Below are positions 55,380 through 64,000 of a DNA stretch of 64,000 bases, piece after piece (within the stretch, counting starts at the first letter, position 1; every line of letters begins with the position of its first letter). Both the position numbers and the translations under genes were made by a program. The stretch is from the NCBI GenBank assembly GCA_965240325.2, contig OZ251225.1, positions 3,906,001 through 3,970,000 of the forward strand, written 5' to 3'. The notes under the pieces were generated by a model that was not told where the DNA came from, ran no database searches, and saw only the letters and a list, made by a program, of their open reading frames with translations. The stretch is from Rebecca billardiae RCC1528. Lineage: Eukaryota; Protista; Haptophyta.

Positions 55380-58300
55380 ATGGCGCTCGTGCTCGCGGCG
55401 TTGTTGCCCGTCGCGGCATCGCTCGCGGTCGGCGCGCTCATAGCGTTCATCGTCGGCAACCGACGTCCGCCGGGTGGCGGGTGGTGCCCGCAGCGCGGCA
55501 GCCACAACGACGAGGAGTCGGCGCCAGCCATGCGCGCCAGCAGCAGCAGCGGTGACCTCATGTCGCCCGTGGTCGAGCAGCGGCGCGCGACGCTGAATCA
55601 GCAGGCGGCCCGCCGCGCGGGCGTGACCGCGGGCGAGGACAACCTCGCGGGGTACGAGCGCCATACGTACGCCAAGCCGCGCGACGTCGCGCACCTCCTC
55701 GCCGACGCGTTTGCCAACGTCGCCGTGTTTGCCGAGCTCTCTGCGCACACGATCGACGAGCTGGTCGAGCAGATGTACCCGGTGGAGGCGGCGGCGGGCG
55801 AGGTGCTGATCAAGCAGCGCGACGCGGGCGAGGTGCTCTACGTCGTCGAGCGCGGCGAGCTCGTCGCCACGCTCGAGCAGGCGGGCAACGCGCCCGTCGC
55901 GACGATGGGCCCGGGGTCTCTCTTTGGGGAGCTGTCGCTGCTGTACGCGTCCCCGCGCGCGGCGAGCGTGACGTGCACGGAGGGCGCGAAGCTGTGGGCG
56001 ATCGACCGTCGCGCGTTCCGCGCGACGGTGGCGTCGGGCTCCGTCGGCCGCGCCGACGACTTCCTCCGCGCCGTCCCGCTCCTCTCGCAGCTCTCGGAGG
56101 CGCAGCGCGCCGACCTCGCTGCGGCGATGAGCACGGCCGTGTACGCGCCCAGCGACGTGATCGTGCGCAAGGGGGAGCTGGCGGACGCGCTGTTCTTCAT
56201 CCGCGAGGGCGAGGTGTCGGTGCACACGCTCGACCTCGTCGACGAGGAGCCCGCCCCCGAGCACGGCACGCCGCCCACGCCGGGCACGCCGGGCGCGGGC
56301 ACGCCCGGCACGCCCGGCACGCCCGGCACGCCCAGCCGGCAGTCGACAAAGTCGTCGCGCAAGTCGTCGTTTGCAAAGGCGACGTCCGGCTCGCGCGCGC
56401 CCTCGATCGGGGCGGGCGCGCCGGGCGAGCTGTCGAGGCTGCGGCCGGGGGACTACTTCGGCGAGAGCGCGATCGCGGTGCAGGCGGGCGGCGGCGGCTC
56501 GGCCGCGCCCACCGTCCGCTCCGCCACCGCGGTCGCCGTGCAGCGCGTGGTGGCGCTCAAGCTGCTCGCCTCGGACTTCCACGCGCTCGTGCCGGACCTG
56601 GCGGCGGTGGTCGAGGCGAACTTCAAGCAGCGCGTGCTGGACAACATGCCGCTGTTCGCGCCGCTGGGCGAGGCGGGGCGGCGCACGCTCGCCAAGCAGA
56701 TGCGCGCGGTCACCTTCCGCATGGGCGAGGACATCATCTCCCTCGGCTCTGCGGGCGAGGCCTTCTACATCCTGCGCGCGGGCGAGGTGGAGGCGCTGTC
56801 GGAGGAGGGCAAGACGCTCAGCGTGCTCGGGCCCTCGGACTACTTTGGCGAGCGCTCGCTGCTCACGGACGAGCCGACCTCGGCGACGGGTGCGCGCGGC
56901 TCGCCCCCCCCCCTCTGCCCCCGCGCGGGACGCGTCGCTAACCGCGCCGAGCCACGCCTCACGCCCTGCCTCACGCCCCGCCGCACGCCTCGCCGCACGC
57001 CCCGCCGCACGCCCCGCCGCACGCCCCGCCGCACGCCCCGCCGCACGCCCCGCCGCACGCCCCGCCGCACGCCCCGCCGCACGCCCCGCCGCACGCCTCG
57101 CCGCGCGCGTGCGTGCCCCCTCCCTCCCTGGCGCGCGCGCGCGTGCGCCAGTGCGCGCGCTGTCGGACGAGACGGTGTGCTACAAGGTGAGCAAGCACGA
57201 CTTCAACCGGCAGCTCGGCTCGCTGCAGGCGGTCACGGACGCGTTCAAGGCCGAGATCGCGCGGCGCGACGCGGCGACCGCCGCGGCCGCGCAGGTGAAC
57301 ATCGCCTCCCTCGAGCACCGGCGCACGCTGGGCGTGGGCTCGTTCGGGCGCGTGAAGCTCGTGCGAGACCCGCTCACCGGCGCGCCGTACGCGCTCAAGG
57401 TGCTGAGCAAGCGCGGCGCGGTCAAGCAGCAGCAGGTGGCGCACGTGCTGAGCGAGAAGGCGCTGCTCGAGCAGTGCCGACACCCGTTTGTCGTGCAGCT
57501 CGTCGCGACCGCGCAGGACGCGGACAAGCTGTACATGCTGCTCGAGCTGTGCCTGGGCGGGGAGCTCTTCTCGCGGCTGCACGCGCAGGGCTCGCAGAGG
57601 CTCGCCGAGGGCGCGGTGCGCTTCTACGGCGCGTGCGTCACCGCGGTCGTCACGTACCTGCACGAGCGGCGCATCGCGTACCGCGACCTCAAGCCGGAGA
57701 ACCTGCTGCTCGACGACAAGGGCTACCTCAAGCTCGTCGACTTTGGGTTCGCCAAGGTGGTGGTGGACCGCACGCTCACGCTGTGCGGCACGCCCGAGTA
57801 CCTCGCGCCCGAGGTGCTGCTCAACAAGGGGCACGGGCTGCCCGTCGACTGGTGGACGGTGGGCGTGCTGCTCTACGAGATGGCCGCGGGATTCACGCCC
57901 TTCCACGGAGACCACCCGCTCGCGCTCTACCAGGAGATCCTGCGCGCCAAGGTGCGCTACCCATCGCGCATGCCCGCAGACCTGCGCGCGCTGATCGGGC
58001 GGCTGCTCGACCCGAGCCCGGCGCGCCGGCTGGGCGCGGGGCCGGACGGAGGCCTCGCCGTCAAGGCGGACCCGTGGTTCGCCTCGCTCGACTGGGTGGC
58101 GCTCGAGCGGCGCGAGCTCCCCGCGCCGTACGTGCCGCTGATTAAGGACCCGTTCGGTGCGCCCGCGCTCGCGCACGCCCCGCGCTGGCGGCGCCGCCGC
58201 CGCCGCCCCTCGGTTCTGTGTGCGGCGCGCGCGCGCGCGAGCGCGTCTCGGCGCGGCCGCTCACGCGCGCCCCGCGCCGCGCTTGCGGTGTAGACGACAC

Positions 58301-58388
58301 GCACTTTGACAAGTACGACGAGGAGGACGCCAACGAGGCGGAGCTGGCGGACGTCGAGATCCCGCCAGGCGCATTCGAGCACTTCTAG
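55380..58388 (+). CDS. cGMP-dependent protein kinase-like (three cNMP-binding domains + AGC kinase), three exons
   Basis: FGELSLL..PRAASV, YFGESAI and YFGERSLL; GVGSFGRV, YRDLKPEN, DFGFAK and TLCGTPEYLAPE; introns at 56890-57151 and 58157-58293; AGC tail HFDKYDEE...FEHF*. Confidence 0.93.
56970..57105. repeat. Intronic 12-bp minisatellite
   Basis: (cacgccccgccg)n, about 11 copies, inside kinase intron 1. Confidence 0.9.
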
Positions 58389-58939
58389 CAGCGCCCACCC
58401 GCCCGGCCGCGCCGGGCGGCTGTGCGCCTCCGCCGGCGCGCGGAGTGCGCGCGCGACGAGGCAGCAGCCAGTGCCGCGTGCGGCCCAACGGGCGCATCCC
58501 GCACCGAGACGGCCCGTGGGCTGCTGTGCGGGCAGCTGTCCAAGGCTGTCGGGCCGAGTGCCACGGGCACGGCGCCCCGCAGCCTTAGTCTTGCTGTCGC
58601 GGTCATCATCACAGTGCAGTTCATGCACTGGGTCTGGGACGCCGCGTCGACGGACACTCTACACAGCAGCGCCGCCGGGGCAAACGGCCGGGTTGTCGTG
58701 CTGCGCATAGCTGCATACTGCTGACGAAGACCATCCGAGAGGACCGCTGCTGGTGCAGCCTGTCTTCTACAGTCAGCGCGTGTTGAATCAGACTGCTGCA
58801 CTGAATTGGCCTCATGGGCCTGTTGCCCAGCTAGCCGCGCGGCACGCTGACGCAGTCAGTCATCAGTGAGTCAGGCCGAAACCGCGAGTTACTACTTACT
58901 CAGCAGGCTTGACGAGAATATGCACGCGGCAGCGGCGAG

Positions 58940-61900
58940 GCGCGCGCATTATTCGTATGGCGGGCCGTAGGTCCGCCCCTTGTAGTGCCCGGGAAAAAGA
59001 TAAGAAAAAGAAAAGGAAAAAAGAAAATCGCCTCGCAAAGAAAAGAAAATCGCCTCGCTCACTGCCGGGTCGCTTCGCTCACTGGCGGGCGTCAATCTCG
59101 CCTGCCTGAGCTGTGTGCGTCTCTTATTCTTAGTAAACTGTACCGGGCGCCCTCGCAGCTCCCACTGGGGACGCTCGGCCGAAAGAGAGTCCTGGATGGC
59201 GCGGAGCGCATGGGCCGCGCGCGCCGAATCCAACGCCGGCGTGGATATCGCGCGGAGACTCCCGAGGGGGTTTTTCGCCCGATTCGCGATTGCTGCCCTC
59301 GTCGTCTCGCGTGCAGGTCGAACGGGGGCTAAATCGACGCGTTTGGAGCGGTACGCTCGGCGCGTCGACACGATCGTGAGACCTGGGGCGATCCTCGCCC
59401 GACGTGCACGTCGAAAGCTCGCACCGGCCATAGCATCATGCGCTGCGCACGATGACCGCCTCGCGCGATCCACCGTCGCGCGTCGGGCTCGGTGCGAGAA
59501 AGCCCTCATCACGAGGCGTCTCGCGGGCGGGAAGCGCCATCGCACGCGACGCAAGATTTGGCGCGGCCTTCTGAACTCGATCGCCGGAATCCGCGCACCG
59601 GACTCAGTCATTGCTCGCGGTCCGGTCCCTCAGCCGAAGCCCACGTCCGGCCTGCATGGCGTCGACGGTGACCAATGCGACGGAAGCGCAGCGCCAACGG
59701 CGTACGACGCGCAGCGGACGCACCTCCCGGGTCTGTCGCCGTGGCAGCAACCGCGTCATCGCGAGTTGGCGACCCTCGCCGCAGCGCGACACAGACAAGC
59801 CCGTGATGCCATCCGCAGAGAGATGAAACGTCGAGCATGCAACATCGCCGCGCCATGGCCTCGTCCATGGCGCAGGCGCTGCGGGACGAGGCGGAAGTCG
59901 TCACGCCGGTGACGGATGCGCTGCGATTCGTGTGCTCGCATGAGCAGCGCTTGCCCACTCTCGATCGCGAGTGGCACACGCTGTCGCTGTGCGCGCGCGC
60001 GCGCACAACCAACAGCTCCTCGTGCCGCCGAGCACGCGAGCGCCAGACCTGTCGAAGATGCGAAGAGCGACGACCGCGTTAACGTCAACGCGCTCGTGCT
60101 CAGCGTGGTGGCCGTGTACGACGTCAACGCGACCTGCGCCGAGCCCATCATGCCTGGAGCCGACATCGACAAGCATCCTCGCGACGACCGCTCTCGGCTG
60201 GCGGCAGGAGGACATGGCACATGATCTACTCTGGCGGCTTCGTCGGCGGCGAGGCGCTCGATTACGCCATCGCGGTCGACATGCGGCACATACAGCGCGT
60301 ACCCGCGCTCGCGCGGAGCAACGGGCTACCCGCCCCGCCCCGCGTGCTGCACATTCCCTCGTGGGTGTGGGCCTCGCTGATGCGCATATGATACAATACT
60401 CTAAGAGTACAGACCGTGAAACGTGTGTACATCACGTCGGGGAGCCAACTTCACGTGTCGTCACTGGTCCTTGCACTCGACTGTCCGAGGCCACTCCACC
60501 GAAATCAGCCGACGGGTAGGGGAGCCAGAAGCGTCTCGGGTAGGGGTCCCCTACCCGATCGCGCACCTCGGGTAGGGGGGGCGGAGGCTGCAGTCGCCGC
60601 GCGCCGAGGGCGTCGCTCGACGCGCACCACGGGCGTCGCTCGAGTCTGCGCGGCCCGCGCACGCGTCCTGCGGGTGCGCCCCGGCACCGTGCCTTCGCGC
60701 GCCGCTGGCTGCGCGCCTCTCCGCCGCTCACGCCGCTCGCCAATGGCCCGCGACTGCGCGTCGGCACGTTTGTCCGCTGCGGCCGACCGCGAACGCGCAC
60801 AGGCGGGCACAAGGAAGTCGGACGATGATTTGCTGTCGTGTTGTGCGCGGACCATGTGTATGTGCTCCGCCCAGCCGCGCGCGTCGGTCGCGCACGCCGA
60901 CCAAGGCGAGCTCGAGCGCGCGCGCAAGCTGGCGCTCGCGCGTTTTGGACCCATGAAGGTGCCAGCGACTCGAGCGCGCCCAAGCGTCGGTAGAGCGCGC
61001 GCCGCGCTCGCGCGAGGAGCTGTGTGGTCGCAGCTCGCCCGCACGCTTGCGCCCTGGGCGATCCGCGCCCTCGCATGCGCCAGCCGCGCGAGGCATCGGC
61101 GCGTCGCACATGCCGGCCGCGCGAGCGCGGCGCGCGCCAAGCCTGCGTGCAGCGGCCGCAGCTGGTGTGCCTCTGAGCCTCAGCTGTGTGCTAGCCTGCG
61201 CGAGGATGCGGACGGCGCGCAGGGCGTACACTTGAACGGGTAGGTTGTGTACCAGCGCGGTGGCGCACCTAAGCCTCTTCTGATCCTCGCACGTGCTTCG
61301 TCTTTGGATAGCACATCAGCAGAATCGTCACGACAGACTCCCAAGTCCGCGCTGCGTTGCTGTCGCCAGGTGAGGGTTGCGCAACCAGTCGCCACACGAC
61401 ACCACCATCGTCTCCGGCTGTCATGACGAGGACGCGTACAGCCCGGTACTGACTCGGGCGTTCAGCGCCACGCGTACTCACCTCGAATGGAGTCGCTGCG
61501 TGCGCAGTTCGGAATCAACGCCAGCGATAGCCCCGAAGGAGTGCTCTGCACAGCATCGATGCAGAATCGAGCGTGGGCGAGGAGCAACTTGGGCGCTAGG
61601 CGGCAACGACTGCGTGTTGATTGATCGACTCATGCTGCGATGAGGACTCAGTGGCAAGGGCCCTCAGCCGTTGATGTATGGCAGGCGCAGTAACGTCGGC
61701 TCAGCATGGAGCACGGGGCTTGACGTGTGACGCTTCTGAGCAGCTTTCTGTCGTGGTCGTGATTGAACCGCACTCGGTGCGGGCTGCACGGCGCATGCCG
61801 TCGCAGCGGACCGGCCTCGGCCGCGCGGCCGCCTGCCCTGGGATCGGTCGGCGGGCCCGTCGGCGCCCGCCCGCTGACTGCGGCGAGACTCTGGATGAGA

Positions 61901-64000
61901 CCGAGTCCGATGGCCGCGGTGGCTCGCGGCGACGCGCGCGCGCGGCCCACTTCGCCTGTCGCCGCCGCGGCCTGCGGTGGCGCGCAAGGCTCAGGTCACA
62001 CGGGCTGCGCTGGGCCGCGCAGCGCCGCCGCGCTTTTATCAGCAGCATCGGCCCGCGGCCGCCGCGGTGGCTGGCCGCCTGACGGCCGGTGCTCGCAGGC
62101 CGCAGCCCACGCATCCTCGTGGCAGTCTGCACGCAGAGGATGGCAGACCGGCTAACGGCGGCCTCGGCGGCCGCGAGCAGTCCCTTCATCTTCGGTTGAC
62201 GGCGTGTCGGCGGCCAAGAGGTGGCACGGGCGGCCACGGTCGTGTCGACTCTGTGCCTCTGACGCCGCGCCTTTGTCGTCCCAGTCAGTGCCAGGCTGCC
62301 GCCGTGGACGCCTTGGATGCCAATGCGGATGCCTTGACGAGCGCGTGCGGTCGTTGCGCCTGAAGTGTCTCTGACAGAGCTGATGGCTATGCCGGACGAA
62401 TTTGCCGCCGCGGAGCCATCGGCAGTGCCTGACGCACCGCCATCGCCGCGCCGATGCGCATTCGCCGCGCCAGCGCCACGCAGTCCGGACTCCTGCGCCA
62501 ACTCCCAGCTGCTGCTGTCCGTGCTCGGGAACACGGCGCAGCTGGACACACTCTGTGCGCACAGCCTTCTTGCGCGCTTACCAGCCAGAGTGAGTGGCAC
62601 AGCACATGGCCAATTCGGGCGTGGCGTGCGTCTGAGGCGGCGCTGTGTGACATTGTGCTCGCTGTGAACGGCGCTGTCGACCACAGCGCAGGCGGCCACG
62701 ATGCAACGAAGTGTGGCCGCGACGCGTGCGTACATTGTACTGCCGAAACTAGCGTACCTGCGCCAATATTCAAGTGACAATGCCCGCGTCTGACATGCTC
62801 TTGGTCCCGCGAGCATGCTGTCCCCTTGTCTCAGCCTATGACTCAGATTGACTAGCACCGTTGTCTAATGGCATCGAGTAGGCTACAGGTAGCAAGGCGC
62901 GCGCCGCGCTCGCGCGGCCGGCATGTGCGACGCGCCGCTGCCTCGCGCGGCTGGCGCATGCGAGGGCGCGGATCGCCCAGGGCGCAAGCGTGCGGGCGAG
63001 CTGCGACCGCACAGCTCCTCGCGCGAGCGCGGCGCGCGCTCTACCGACGCTTGGGCGCGCTCGAGTCGCTGGCACCTTCATGGGTCCAAAACGCGCGAGC
63101 GCCAGCTTGCGCGCGCGCTCGAGCTCGCCTTGGTCGGCGTGCGCGACCGACGCGCGCGGCTGGGCGGAGCGCATACACATGGTCCGCGCACAACACGACA
63201 GCAAATCATCGTCCGACTTCCTTGTGCCCGCCTGTGCGCGTTCGCGGTCGGCCGCAGCGGACAAACGTGCCGACGCGCAGTCGCGGGCCATTGGCGAGCG
63301 GCGTGAGCGGCGGAGAGGCGCGCAGCCAGCGGCGCGCGAAGGCACGGTGCCGGGGCGCACCCGCAGGACGCGTGCGCGGGCCGCGCAGACTCGAGCGACG
63401 CCCGCGGTGCGCGGCGAGCGACGCCCTCGGCGCGCGGCGACTGCAGCCTCCGCCCCCCCTACCCGAGGTGCGCGATCGGGTAGGGGACCCCTACCCGAGA
63501 CGCTTCTGGCTCCCCTACCCGTGCCTCGTCACCCACGGCCACGAGCGAATGTGGAAAGACGCGAACCCGCAAAGGATACATTGCGACAGCACTGGCACGG
63601 CCCGCCGACCCCCCCCGCCCGCCAGGGCACAGTTTGTATTCTTCGTCGTCATACGATGGCGGCCGGATCCGCTGCATCAATGCCGCCCGCGACGATCATC
63701 TTTGCGATCTCGCTGCTCGCCGCAGCGCTCGACCCAGCCAGCGGCACGAGCGCGCACCACCTCCGGCGTACTGCTGTTCATCGCTCGCCAGCGGCGTGCG
63801 CCCGGCCAGCCCGGCCCGCGGCGCGTGCATTGCCCGCCCGCGCGCTTGGCGCCGTTCTCGGCCCGCGCGCGGCCGCGCCCGCGCGCCTGAGTGCCGGCCG
63901 GCGGCTCGGGCCGAGGATGCTCCTGGATGACGGCAGTGACATTGACATCGACGTTGTCGCCGCAGCAGAGGCCGCGGCCAAGCTCACGAGCTTCTCCTCG
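58940..64000 (+). mobile_element. Probable decayed Mutator-like element hosting the foldback (extends beyond the window)
   Basis: A-rich TIR-like start near 58990-59060; removing the foldback restores ...TEISLVTHGHERMWKDANPQRIHCDSTG, resembling the MULE first catalytic Asp motif. Confidence 0.35.
60511..63523. mobile_element. 3-kb foldback element, probably EnSpm/CACTA-like and non-autonomous
   Basis: ~630-bp near-identical TIRs at 60511-~61138 and ~62896-63523; ends GACGGGTAGGGG / CCCCTACCCGTG; CC on both flanks; internal CCCCTACCCG subrepeats. Confidence 0.8.

Overview
Eukaryotic nuclear DNA with very high GC, short GC-rich introns (gtgcgc...gcag, plus one likely GC-AG intron) and (TA)n microsatellites. 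The style suggests a haptophyte alga such as a Pavlovales-like species; this is an inference. Host genes: V-ATPase subunit B, an RS/S1 RNA-binding protein, a Sulfotransfer_2 enzyme, a SAC3/LENG8-like protein, a bestrophin, a PhyH-like dioxygenase, a BRCT protein, a zf-CW protein, a membrane-anchored PKG-like kinase, an EsV-1-7-repeat protein and several hypotheticals. Accessory DNA: (i) an intact, intronless CRESS-DNA-virus-type Rep (HUH endonuclease + SF3 helicase) at 36614-37801, in a lower-GC island with no recognisable capsid; (ii) a 13.6-kb TIR-bounded nest (17591-31215) holding at least seven resolvable insertions, including P-like foldbacks with 7-bp TSDs, a hAT derivative, an unclassified GAC-ended family with 4-bp TSDs and a ~1.2-kb-arm palindrome; (iii) a 3-kb CACTA-like foldback inside a probable decayed MULE. 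A 968-aa protein begins with a near-copy of the cortactin/HS1 Arp2/3-binding DDW segment. All calls come from reading motifs and repeats by eye; no searches were run.
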